A DNA stretch of 59,866 bases, filler included, from Piptocephalis cylindrospora (Eukaryota), in assembly GCA_003614145.1 (NCBI GenBank). It is 5 parts of 5 records of this genome, joined end to end, with 100 filler letters (N's around TTAATTAATTAA, not from the genome) between each part and the next. Parts side by side here need not be neighbours in the genome. Positions count along the whole stretch, not along the records: positions 36,004 to 47,889 come from KZ987990.1; positions 47,990 to 59,866 come from KZ987991.1; 3 more parts are not named here. One strand, written 5' to 3'. Positions 36,004 through 48,049 of the stretch are shown here, piece by piece. The notes under the pieces are model-generated. The model ran no database searches and was not told where the DNA came from. It was given only the letters and a program-made list of their open reading frames with translations. Both the position numbers and the translations under genes were made by a program. Position 1 is the stretch's first letter, and every line of letters starts with the position of its first letter.

Positions 36004-37151
36004 TTACCCTCCCGTCCTCCTCTTTGCCCTCATCCCCTTCGGAGGCATACCGAGATGCGAGAACCTCTTTTCCAGGGACCCATACTTTGACCAATCGGCT
36101 TGCCTAGTAGCATATGGGTATGAGCATTTATAAGTTGATGTGATAAGTGAGTATTGAAGATGTAAGTATATAGAGAGAGGAGAGATGGTTACTTACCAGG
36201 GAGGCCGAAGCAATAATCCCATGTGGAGGGGAAATATCGAGTAAGGCAACCCCTCCAGCCATCCTAAATGGGCGGTCGGGCATAAGGTGAGGGAGGGCCA
36301 TTAAAGGAAAAGGGCTGACCTCACTTTGACATTCTTACCCTCGCTCCCATTGCACTGAAAGGTAAATTCCATCATTGAGATATTGTCCTATAGCGATGGA
36401 CGCTAGAGTCTCTCCTCCAAGGATCAATTGGTCTATGTAGGAGTAGACGAGTGTCAAAGGATCATTGAACATTGATTTTGACAAAGGCCAAGAAGGGGAA
36501 GCACCCCCGAATACCAAGCCTACCTTTAGAGCCCCAAGATAAGCGACGTACTCCCGGCCTCTCTAGTACGCTGATTTGCTCCCAATGTACAGATGACTTT
36601 TCCTTTGGAGCAAAGACGTAAAGGAGTTTCCCATCGCTCATCGCCACCTAAAGTATATGAAAGGGCAATGATGATCAGATATGGATGAGAGTGACCGGAG
36701 AGAAGATGAGGATTATCTTACTTTGCCATTCTCCCCAGACATGGCTACGGCAATGAGGTCGTCATAGGGTCTGTGGGTAGGGGAGGGACATGCGGGGGGA
36801 AAGACCTTGTTTGCTCTTCCCCAACTCCCCTCTTTGCCTCCGACCACCGTGGGAGAAAGGGTGTCAAGATGCTGAAGGAAGCTATTATGAATGACGACCC
36901 GATCCGCCGTGCAATATAACTAGATGGCAAGCATTAATATCCAGGAGAGGCAAGATGAAGAGGATAATATCAGTAGATGGTTCATGTGGCTTATGATAGA
37001 CTCACATATCGCATTCTTCTGGGACCTCAACGCAATATCCTCAACCCAGAGAGTCACTAACATAATATCTACGGCCGCGCCAGAAGGCCAGGGTAAAGCC
37101 GGCCGGAGCCCGATTAGCTCGGCCGGGCAGAATGATCCGAAAATCGGACAT
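36004..37151 (-). CDS. RAV1: RAVE complex subunit Rav1 (DMXL/rabconnectin-3 family), N-terminal WD40 exons, truncated at contig edge
   Basis: Spliced MSDFRIILPGRANRAPAGFTLAFWRGRRYY|LYCTADRVVIH...IAVAMSGENGK|VAMSDGKLLYVFAP...LSWG...DQLILGG...RLVKVW follows the fungal Rav1 N-terminus; missed as a unit by the ORF track. Confidence 0.78.
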
Positions 37152-38010
37152 GCGTAAGGACAGTACAGTGACTTGAGGTCAGGACGGGAGAGAGAGGGGG
37201 AATGGGGGGACAATTTGGCGAAGGGTAAAGGAGCTTGGGAATATACTTGGATCCAGAAGGTGTGTCAGGTACTTCCCAGGGGGAGAGAGGGGATCGGGAT
37301 AGCTGACGGATTGGTTAAAAGAAGCAAAGATGTCTGGAGGGGAACTGAGACAAGGGATGAAGGGGTCCAGGAAGGGCAAGGCTGGAGACGGACGGTGTTG
37401 ATGAAAGGAGGTCCTAACCGCCCTGGTTTGGGTACCTGATAGAGGTCGGGGTTTGAGAGGCCTGGGTGGAGCGCGCGCTGAGGACCAAAGGCTGTGAAAC
37501 TGGAAATCTTCCATGGGATGGGCGCGTGTTGACCTAGTGATGCGCCGCCGTCTTGAGGACAGGACGACCTATGTGCATGACGATGGGATATTATAATAGA
37601 AAAGGTCTTCCGTTATGAATACTCGGCCCCTCGTGCACGAGTACAAATCATCAGGATACAGCATACTAGAGATTATTTACTCATCCGAATCCACAAAGGC
37701 CTTCAACACAAGGAACTATTCCTTCGCCCTAACCTGGTGGCCCTGCATCTCTAGCACCAAATCCCTTTGTTAGGTTTTAACATGAGTAGGCCCTACTCTC
37801 AGGCTTTGAAATACACATCCATCTATTATCTGGACTCCCCCTGTGCTGTATCGTCCATAAAATAGCTCATTATCTCCATAATAACCTAGTGAAGGAAATG
37901 GTAAGAGTATTCCACCAGCAGATGTATCCTGTCGTTTTTCAGAACACGTGTAATAAAAGTAAGAAAAGAGAATATTAGACATGATGATCGATTGATCTTT
38001 AATAATATAT

Positions 38011-38088
38011 CATTGGGCGGGTTTATGTGTTCGGATGCCTAACAGCCTACCCTACTGAGGGAAAATGGAAAGGTTTTATCAATCAATC
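38011..38088 (+). repeat. Dispersed ~80-bp repeat, copy A
   Basis: ATTGGGCGGG..ATGTGTT.GGAT.CCTA.CAGCCTACCC.ACTGAGGGAAA recurs at 53761-53837 on another contig. Confidence 0.8.
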
Positions 38089-38754
38089 AGGCAAGCTAAT
38101 CATTGAATTTTCAAATTCATTAATACCATCAATCCTCAATCTCATTTCTAACTAACCCATACTGCTCTTATGCTATTGTTCTGCATCTTCATCATACGCA
38201 TTGCATCTCGTTTCCCGGCCTTTGCTTTGAAAACCCATTTATTTCCTGGTCTCCATGCCAAATATTTGCCATGTATCTCGTTTCCCGGCCCAATCAGTGC
38301 ACCTCTCTCACGAGTCAAAAATATTCAGAAATAACAGATTTGGCGAATTTCATATGTATCTTCTGATTGGATAGGATTGGTTCCCAGCTCCTTTCACGCT
38401 CGCTTGTCCTCCCCAGCCAGCTCCGCTTGGCCAGGCGGGGGCAGCATGAAGATCCCTCGATACATCCTCTCACCCTTGTGGGGGGAGGCCTAGCCTGGGT
38501 AGAGGCCACCATCCTCTGGCTATCCGTCAGTGCCCCTTTCCTTCCACAACCCGGTCGAGGGTTTCTTTCTTCCTTCTTGCCCTCGTTCATTTCCTATTCA
38601 TTCGTGCACTCGCTTCCCCTCTTCATCTCAAGCTACTTGCATTTCCCTTAGGTACGCGTCTGAATCGTTAGACCCACTGCCATTCCTTCTTCCGGACCTA
38701 TCAACACCATCGCCATCCTCAGCACGCCCACCCACACATACGCACTTCTCTCGC

Positions 38755-40579
38755 ATGTCTAGCCTTTGGGAGGTCAAGGACTTGTTTGCCAAGGTCAAGG
38801 CATCCGTCCTCAATTATACAGAATATGAGGCCAAGGTACACGAGGCCACGAACAACGAGGCCTGGGGTGCCTCTTCCACCCTCATGCAAGAGATTGCCCA
38901 GGGCACCTACAACTAGTAAGTTGCCTTGTACTATTTGATCCTTAATCTCTCTCTCTCTCTCTCTTTCTCCTCCTCAATTAAGCCTAAACTTACCTTCTAC
39001 TGTCCTCGACTGGCTCTCCACAGCCAGTACTTCAATGAGATTATGCCCACCGTGTACAAGCGGTTTGTGGAAAAGGAACCTCATCAATGGAGGCAGATCT
39101 ACAAGGCCTTGACGCTCCTAGAATATCTGGTGAAGAATGGAGCTGAGCGTGTAGTGGATGATGCTCGATCTCGTATCCGCACCATATCGGCTCTCCGTAG
39201 TTTCCATTATATTGACAATAATGGAAAGGATCAGGGGTTGAATGGTAAGAGAATGAAGAAATTCCTGAGCACTTCAATGCTCTCTTATTCCTCACGTTCT
39301 CGATTACCCTCTCATTCTTTTTCCATGGTCAGTGCGCAATAGGTCAAAGGAACTGGTCAATCTTCTGAATGAAACGGATTCCATCAAGTTTGAACGGGCT
39401 AAGGCTAAGCATAACAGGAAAAAGTACCAGGGCCATTCTTCCACGGCTATGACCTCTGGTGGCGGGTATAGCGGAGCAGGAGGCGACAATGGATTTGGAT
39501 CCCGATATGGTGGTTTTGGCAGCGAAAGTATCCCCGGGACCGGTAGCTACAGCTCCTCCTCCTCTCCCTCCTCCTCTTCCGCCCGGTCCAACATCACCTT
39601 TCGAGATGCCAGTGGAACCAATGCTGCCCTTCGTGCTGCTGAGTCTCGTAGGTCCGAGAACCTTTCGAGGAATGGCGGGGCCGGATTGAATGCTGGAAAG
39701 TCCACCTCCCCAGCCGACGCTTCCCCCGAGACCTCGAAGCAGCCGGAAATATCATTGCTTGATTTTGACGATGGTGGTTTTGATGCCCCCGCCTCCTCCT
39801 CATCTAACTCAGCCCCTGATGGCCAGGAGATTGGAAAGGATGATGATTTTGGAGATTTCCAAACCATTGATGCTGGAAACGGTGGTGATGAGGATGAATT
39901 TGGCGGGTTTGAGCAGGCCTCGGCTTCCTCTGGCCCTGATCCTTTTGCTCCAACTCCCTCTTCCGCTACGGCTCCTTCCTTCAGCGGCCTAGACGATCTT
40001 GCTTCCTTGCAGTCTATGTCTACAGCTTCCACGGGAACCTTTGATCCTTTTGGCGGGTCCATTCCTGCCATGGCGCCGAACCCTGGAGGCCCTGGCTCTC
40101 CCATCTCCTCTTCAGCGGCCGGGATGAGAGGTCTTACTTCGGGTCTTCAATCCTTGTCCATGGGTCAATCCAACCCTTCCATGGGCCCCTCTAATGTCTC
40201 TATGGGTCTGTCTAACCCCTCCATGCCCCCCCTCAATCATTCTTCATCGACTACCTCTTCCATTCTAGGCTCGACCAAGTCTTCTGCCGCCTCCTCTTCC
40301 AGTAAAGGTGGTGGACTCTCTTCTCTGGATGATTTGTGGGCTAGTACCAAGGCGGGATCATTTGACATACTCTCCTCTAAGCCTGCACCTTCCTCCTCCT
40401 CTTCCTCTACTTCCGCTACTGGCGGAGATTCTGCTGGATTATCCGGGAATTCTGGGATAAGTCCAGGGAGCGGAACAGCATCTCCCTCCCCATTCAATCA
40501 CATTTCCGGGTCCTCCTCCAGCAGTACACCTGCTGCTTCCTCTCCTCCTGTCGAGGACAAATGGGGTTCGTTGATCTAA
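38755..40579 (+). CDS. ENT3: ENTH-domain clathrin adaptor Ent3/epsinR (introns 38916-39023, 39245-39332)
   Basis: YTEYEAKVHEATNNEAWGASSTLMQEIA, WRQIYKALTLLEYLVKNGAERV, GKDQGLN|VRNRSKEL; tail with LLDFD clathrin box, DFGDF/EFGGF and DPF motifs. Confidence 0.93.
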
Positions 40580-41296
40580 GCTGGTAAAGCATTACTGCTT
40601 CAGATATCCCCAAGGTATCAATGCGAGGTATTTGGCGGTGATGTAAGGGCGTCCCAGGTCGTCAATCGTGTACTCTCCCCCCTCCCATCGGGGTACATAC
40701 ACAGAGCAGCATGCGTACTTTTTGAGCAGTTGATCAGTTTCTTAGTCTCCAAAGACGTTACCTGAGAGAAGGATGCAATTCGTTAACTAAAGGCCGTTTC
40801 AAAGGTTAAAATATTTCCTTTAGATCAAGTGCCCTTAATCATTCATGCTTATACATAAATGGCAAGACATCACCCCAGTTAAATTCACCCGCCTTACTTA
40901 CAATCTGGATGAAGGGTGCGTATTGCTAAATATGGGGTTTCCCTTAGAGTCGTCTATCAAATCCTTCGCTCCACCTCTTACACCTAGCTATTAGCGTCCG
41001 ACAAGTCCGACGTGGGAACGGTAAGCCCGCCAATGCTTGCAGCGGAGTTTCAATACATATGGTATAAAGGTTAGAGGATTCTTATGCTATTCCCTTTCCT
41101 CCATCCCTAGGTACCTCCCTTGCCCTTCACTTCCCTCCCTCCCTCCCTCCTCGATCATCCTTCGATTCTTTCGCTCCATTTCCTTCTTTTCAACTCCTCT
41201 CCTCCATTCGCCCCATTTCAACGACGCTGCTGGTCTTCGTCCTTCTCTCAACTTCTGCACTGTCTTCATCTCTCTCGGCTTCGTCTCCGCTGCACC

Positions 41297-42163
41297 ATGC
41301 TCCCCACCACCCTCTTCTTCTCCTCTCTCCCCTTCCTCCTCTTGCTGTCTGTGAACGCTTTACCTATTCAAGATGGCCAAGGCACAGGAAATAACAATCT
41401 ATCCCCTGATGCTAGCTCGGATAATTTTTCGGGGACCTCGCCTGGCGTTTCCGACAGTGGCCTTAAAGGCGGGCAAATTACCGAGGAAACTGGTAATGTC
41501 AATCGCACGCCCGCTTCCACCTCAACTGATTCAGGGAAAAACACCGCTGGCGCACCCGATATGGATAACTTAGTCGATCGAGAACCTTCCACTCAGAAGG
41601 CCTCGGTCACCCTGCCAAATAAGGGAGACTATGTATCTTTATTCACCGAGGATAAGTCCGGTCGGTACTATATCTGCCAGTCTGATCATCTGGATACAGG
41701 CAGCAACACTGCTTACATCAGCAAGTTTGGAGAGCCGCTCAAGCGCTGCATCCACACCTATGACACCAGCAATGTTACCAATGCGATCAACGATTATAGG
41801 GAAGCACCCATATTTCGGAGTGGCGCCACTGCCGATGTCCTTGGTATTCACCCCAAACACTTCATGATGTTTATGCCCTACAACACCAGGATCGATGACG
41901 CCAAGTATATGTATACCTGGGATCTTCAACCCTCAACGAACGCCACAAGCACTCTACCCAAGAGCGCGTTTAATGGCACAGTTCAGGCAATTGAGATGAG
42001 CCGGTATCATGCTATGGGGGATCAGATGATGGTTAACCTCTATTTGCCCCCTCTTGACACTATACCCCGTAATGAGGCTGAGCGGGTCTTCAATGCGACT
42101 AACAGACCTGGTCAATGGTTCCTTGAGACATTTGGCACCACTCTCCCCCAGACCCGGGGTTGA
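41297..42163 (+). CDS. Secreted hypothetical protein (288 aa)
   Basis: Signal peptide MLPTTLFFSSLPFLLLLSVNA, S/T/G-rich linker, globular C-terminal region; TATAAA at 41064. Confidence 0.8.
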   Translation: MLPTTLFFSSLPFLLLLSVNALPIQDGQGTGNNNLSPDASSDNFSGTSPGVSDSGLKGGQITEETGNVNRTPASTSTDSGKNTAGAPDMDNLVDREPSTQKASVTLPNKGDYVSLFTEDKSGRYYICQSDHLDTGSNTAYISKFGEPLKRCIHTYDTSNVTNAINDYREAPIFRSGATADVLGIHPKHFMMFMPYNTRIDDAKYMYTWDLQPSTNATSTLPKSAFNGTVQAIEMSRYHAMGDQMMVNLYLPPLDTIPRNEAERVFNATNRPGQWFLETFGTTLPQTRG

Positions 42164-42479
42164 TTCCGGAGCCCTTCTGGTCGTGGGTATAGGAGACGTG
42201 ACAGGGATAACCAATATTCAGTCGTTTCTCCTATCGCCTGTTATCGTGTACATCAGTCAGTTGATCGTTTAAGTAGGGTGGGCCAATTTAATCAGGAAAT
42301 TACGTTGGCATCATCATATTTCGTGATCATTTCTCATCAGGGCATGAAAACGTATATAGTGCATCCTCCCATGCATCCTCTGCACCATTACCGCCTTTAT
42401 GACGTGGACATGTTCTTTCTCACTCCATCAAAATCTCTGAATTTTCTGAAAAATTGACGCTGTGCTCCTTGTACTGTTG

Positions 42480-45021
42480 TTAAAAGCGCAGCTGACTTTG
42501 ACCCTTCTTAGTCAAGGCCCGCTTCCTTGTCCCCGTCTCCGCTGATTCGGTTGCCATGGGTCGCTTTACTGGTGCGCTGGGTTTTCCTGACCGAGTACTT
42601 GTATTTTTGGATTCACCTTGGATTCTCTTGGAAGATCGATTCACGTCCTCCTCATCCGATGTGTCATTCCCTTGGCTTGAGGCAGCCTTCTAGATGTGAT
42701 TAGGAAGCGGACCAGATGGTGTGGAGATATGGATGATGAGTTGAGGAAGACGGAACTCATTGCTTACCCAATCACCATGCTGGATAAATACAATAAGATC
42801 ACCTTTGGTATCGATAGATCCAGCCCTTGATCCTTCATCTCCTTTCCCTCGTCTTTGAATCTGTTTTCCAGAACTTGCTTGGCCCGTTGGAGAGAGGACT
42901 GAATATCTCTTTCTTCATCCTCCTCCTCTTCCGCATCCTCTCTCTCCATCTCGCCTGTTTCCCGTTCCATCGTCTCGCTCGCCCCCTGAAGCATCTTTTC
43001 CTGGAAGCTACATCGCCAGCCCATGAATATTCGAGTTAATAGATTATTCGAGAGCCCCCTTTCCTCCTTATTCTCTCTAGAGTACGAGTCGTATTGAAAG
43101 AGAAGCGCAGTCATGCTTACCTTCGAATGGCATCCTTTTCCTCCTTGTCCGTAAATTGCCTCACAGCCTCATCCATTCCGGCAACGGGGAGAATGTCTAG
43201 GGTCTGCCCTTGATCCTGTAAGTACTCCTTCACCAGATCCACCACCCCAATGTCATCCAGTTTGTCCTCGTCCATCCCATTGATGCTAATTAAACTCTTT
43301 CCTTTCCTTTCCTTGTCTTCGGTAGAACTTAAATTATTAAGACGTCTTCGATGGAAATGAAGGATCTCTCGGGGATTGGCAACCTGGTCGGAAAATTGTT
43401 GCCCAAACCTCTGAGTATTTAGCGTACTAAATCCTCCGCTATAATCCACTTTGAGTCGGATCAATGGCTTGGGGAAGTCTCTGGCCGTCCCTTCGCTCTC
43501 AGATCCTCGTTCCTTCTCCTCCTCCTCCCATTGATCCTTCGCCTGAAGAAGCATCTCTTGCACCTTGGTCTTGAGAAAGGCTTCCACGGAGGCTGGATGT
43601 GTGGGCCTCAGGCCCTTTTGCTCGGAGAGGCAAACGTTGTCCATGACGAAGGGCCTAACCGTGCGGAGAGGGAGTTTCTTCAGGCGGAAAGACCTTCCTT
43701 TGATCTCCAACAGGGCCACATGCCTATATCACATTAGAAGAAAGGATTACGTGAGAATACGTACACACTGGGAAGTTACAGGCCTCCTCTCCCACGATTG
43801 AAACCTTCAGAGCTAGAGCGTACTTTCTTTTTGTCTCTCCCTCGCTCAAAGAAGTGGCCACGGATGACCCTGGCTGTACCACGTAGAATTCCTGCCGTGG
43901 GTTCCATTCGGGGTCAATACGGCAATCGTGCTCATGTCCCCAGATCACTAGGTCCATGCTATCATCAATAAAGTGTTCGGGGATATAACTAGTCGGTCCA
44001 TGGGGCACTCTAGTAGCGGGTTATTTAAGGAGAGAGGGCAGGTAAGAATATGAAGACTTTCCATTTTACCCTTATCGCATAAAATTCAAACGAACTGACC
44101 GGTTTTGATGAATGAGGAACATATTGAACCAGTCTCCGTTGGCTGTAGTAGCTGTAGGGGCTGGGGGCGGACGAAAGAGCCGAACTTGCTGTTGAAGAAA
44201 AGCCCTGTGCAATCTTTCATCCCGCAAAGCCCCTAAACCATACAGAGAGAGATAGGTGCTTCCTTTGCGCAAGAGTACTGGAGAGATGCGGACGTCATCC
44301 ACAGCAGTAGTTCTCCCAAAGTGGTTCACGAGCCCAGAGATGGACAAGAGGTCCATAGCTGCCAAATCTCCTTCCTGGATAATGTCATGGGATGAATTAT
44401 TTAATGATCGAAAAGCATCCGATAACATCATCTTTACTTACCCCGGTTGGATCATCATGATTCCCATGGATGGTAAAGATAGGCAAGGAAACGTTAATGT
44501 TTGGATCTTGGTAATTGACTGTGGAGAACCTAAAATGTGGAGAGAAGGTAATTGGGAAGAGATTAAAAGACGTACGTTTCACTCCAAACCATCATTCCTT
44601 CTCCTATCCCTTACTGGTCAGGAAAGTTGATAGACGGATCACTGACCAATTCCAAGGAGCATGGACGATCCCCAAGACAGTGCTCCCGAAGAAGAGAAGC
44701 TACTCGGTGCATACTTTTCCTTGAGGGTTTATTCTCATGAAATAGGTCCCCAGACAGGACTAGAGCGTCCACATCATGCTCTTTGGCCATCAGAATGATT
44801 TCCTCAAAAGTTCGGGCTGCGTCATCCCCTCTCACTGGATCCCTTTCGAGATACCCGACATGATTATCCGTTGCCAGGAGCAGTCGAATAGTGTCCTCTT
44901 GCTCCGAGGCACTCCTGGGACGCGTTGACTGATCATAAATGTTCCTGAGTTGGGCCAAGGGGAGAGGAGATGAGAGTGTGGGGTCAACTTGGTATGATCC
45001 ATCCGTCCAGCACACTTACAT
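42480..45021 (-). CDS. MRE11: Double-strand break repair nuclease Mre11, multi-exon
   Basis: IRLLLATDNHVGY, GDLFHENKPSR, IHGNHDDPTG, IHQNR, WGHEHDC, QPGSSVATSLSEGE, LPLRTVRPF, KPLIRLKVDY. Confidence 0.96.
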
Positions 45022-45311
45022 GTTAAGACCAGATGAGACAAAGGGAGTTTATCGAAGGAAAAGTGTAGGTGGAAGCTGCACTCAAGTGGATATTGCTATT
45101 TAGTACTCGATAGCTGAACACGTCCCTGCCGCCCAAGTCTGGCCGCTCTTTTGGGACAGTTCTAGCAGGATCAACTCCGCATTGACCATTTGGGATCAAA
45201 GGTGTGTATTTACATCTTTACGGGCGCACACCTGTGATGTTGATAGTCTCAGAGTCCCTGCCTCCCTCCTTCCTTCTTCAGCCTTCCTTTCTCTCCCATC
45301 TCTACATCAGC

Positions 45312-47670
45312 ATGACCCAAGAAGACATCGTCTCCGACTTGGAAATTGGTATTCATAGATGTTCGTCACGCGGTCTACTTGACGCAGTTAAGTGGTAAGT
45401 GGCTTGATGAGATTTACAATGACAACTTGCCATGTCTATGACACACCATGCTCCTTGGTACATGCCCTATTGAACATCTGTATCTCTTGGAATAGGTGTG
45501 CGGAAATGATTGATGGTTTACCGCGGGACCAGGAAGAGGACGAACTATTGCTGGGCATCGATGACCCTATCCCTCCCATGTTGGAGGATACATCGACGCC
45601 CAAGAAGGGGACCATCTTGAATATCACTAAATCTAATAAACCATCAAAAAAGGGTAACAAGACCAAGGGGACTAGAAAACACGATGAGATGGAGGACGGG
45701 GGCGAGGTGGATGACATTGGTAATCAAGAGGCCCTGGCCGTGACATACATCCAGGGGAAGGAGTGGGTACGTGCCTATTACTACCTGAAGAGCAGGGCCA
45801 ACGGGACTCCGTGTGGTCATTTTCTTCGACTGTACGCCCGCTTTATGTCTGGAGAGCGTACCCGTCTCGAGGACAAGGATGAGGCGGACCCCGACGCTCC
45901 AAATGGTCGACGGGAGCAGGACTTGGCCAATGCGGTCCAAGTACCAAAGGAAACGAGATTACGTCGTAATCCCCTTGTCATTGAGATCCTCGATGAACTG
46001 CAGATCCTTGAGAAGAAAGGGTCATTAGACTCTTTTGGCCATTATCTGTACGTAAGAGCCTATCAAATGGAAGGCCGGAACTATGAATCATTAAGATACC
46101 ATAACCCAGCTCACCTCCTTCTCGCTTCTTATCTAGCTATGGTGTCCTCTTGCTGACAGAAGAAAAGCACGAGCAGGCTCAAGGATGGCTCCTCAAGTCG
46201 GTCAATGCCTTTCCGTACAATTGGTCTGCATGGCTCGCTCTCGTCTCTTCTATGCGTCAAGCCGAGGAGGTTGGTTCTTGTTGGATGATCTACCAGTGAT
46301 ATTTTTGTCATCTCGCCCTGCTAACCCACTCGAAAAACTCAAATACCCTCACGTAGCTTGACATGGTGTACGCTTGCCTCCCTCAGGAAGACTTCATGTC
46401 CAAGTGCTTCTACGTTCAAGCATCCATTGAGCTTCAGCCCGAATCCGACCTGGCCTCATTGTACTTGGAGGAAATAGCCGATATTTTCCCTGAATCCATC
46501 TTTGTAAGCCGATCTAAAGCCTTCTTGGCTGATCGTTCCTCAAGTATGCTTTTGATAGGATGAGAATATTAGAAAGGGGGAGGAGAGGGGCTATCTACTA
46601 ATCCCGATATACTATTTCCCTTCCTAGGGTACGAGGTGGCCTTGACTTTGTTCAGTGATCTTCACAGAATTGACCAGTACCGGTTGGACGACATGCACGT
46701 TTATGCCGAGATGCTTTATGCCCATGCCATGGACACGGAGCTAGCACACTTGGCTGACCATGCTTACAAAGTGGAGCCATATCGGTTCGAGACGTGCGCC
46801 ATACTCGGCCACTACCATCATTACCGGAATGAACAAGCCGACGCAGTCGATTGGTTCCTTCGAGCAGTTCAGATGGACAAGGAAAACTCAGTACTATGGT
46901 GCATGATGGGGATTGCATACCTGGAACTCGACAATGCAACCTCTGCTCTCAATGCTCTCAATATGTCCACCCACATCAACCCAAGAAACGCCAAGGCTTG
47001 GTCCGTCCTTGCCCAGGTGTATCATGCCCTGAGGTTACCATCCTTTTCCCGGGATTACTACCAGAGATGTCTTTCCCTTACGTAGGATTAAGAAGAGAGA
47101 TAGGGGATTTAATCATCCTAGAGATATTACCTTGACTCACTCTTACAACCCAAACAATAGACCAAAGGATGGGGATATGTGGTCCAATTATGCCCAATGT
47201 CTTTATGACCTCAATCTTCCTCAAGAGGCTATTGCTGCGTACAAGCAGGCCTTGGAGTGTAAATCATCAAACAAGATGGACGTAGCAAGGTCCTTGGCAT
47301 TCCTCTATGATCAACTCCCGAACGGTACCGCCAAAGCCATCAAGTACCATGAGCTGGCTATTGAACATGGTCCAATCGGGGAAGATGTACGTGTTTATGG
47401 AAGGGCTTTTGGATGATTTTCTCCACTCACCAGTACACGCTCCCCTCCCTCATATAGACTCCTTCAGGACATGTGTATGATTCGCTGGTAGTCCTGGCTA
47501 AATACGCTACGGAACAGGGAGATACGAGAAAGGCTCGGGAATGCCTTACAATGGCGTTCGAGATCTCCCGGGGATCACAGAGGCAAACAGTTCAAGATTT
47601 ACTGAATGATCTTCCACCCGATGACCCCGGATCCGATGGTCTCGAGGATGATCCCATCCTAGGTATGTAA
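45312..47670 (+). CDS. CDC23: APC/C TPR subunit Cdc23/Apc8, multi-exon, divergent
   Basis: CSSRGLLDAVKW|CAEMIDGL, FLRLYARFMSGE, LDSFGHYL, FPYNWSAW, DQYRLDDMHVY, YRFETCAILGHY, TPR tail. Confidence 0.9.
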
Positions 47671-47889
47671 GGGCTATGAGGTAGATTTTATTTTATTTTC
47701 TCCCATTCTCCACAATGAGAGGCTGTGCAGGGTATATGAGGAAGGTAGATCTGTGGAAAAGGAAGGGAAGATGGGCAGGGTTCTGGAAAAGAAGGGCACA
47801 GGAGAGAATGTATTGCTAGACTATGGATCTAGGAGGCAGCACTTGTCCATTACCTTATCCATCATATCTATCTACAAAAAGAGTAAAGG

Positions 47890-47989
47890 NNNNNNNNNNN
47901 NNNNNNNNNNNNNNNNNNNNNNNNNNNNNNNNNTTAATTAATTAANNNNNNNNNNNNNNNNNNNNNNNNNNNNNNNNNNNNNNNNNNNN
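47890..47989. other. Artificial contig linker
   Basis: N44-TTAATTAATTAA-N44. Confidence 0.98.
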
Positions 47990-48049
47990 CTTGACCCTTC
48001 CTCTACGACCAAGACCCTTGACCTCACGAATATCCCCCCCCCCCCTGAC

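Noticed and set aside
37179..37514. 111-aa ORF upstream of RAV1 as a uORF or extra exon
   Set aside because: It stops before the RAV1 ATG and has no conserved features; insufficient evidence
11013..47670. Two APC/C subunits (CDC27, CDC23) in one window as a cluster
   Set aside because: They lie on different contigs; a coincidence of concatenation
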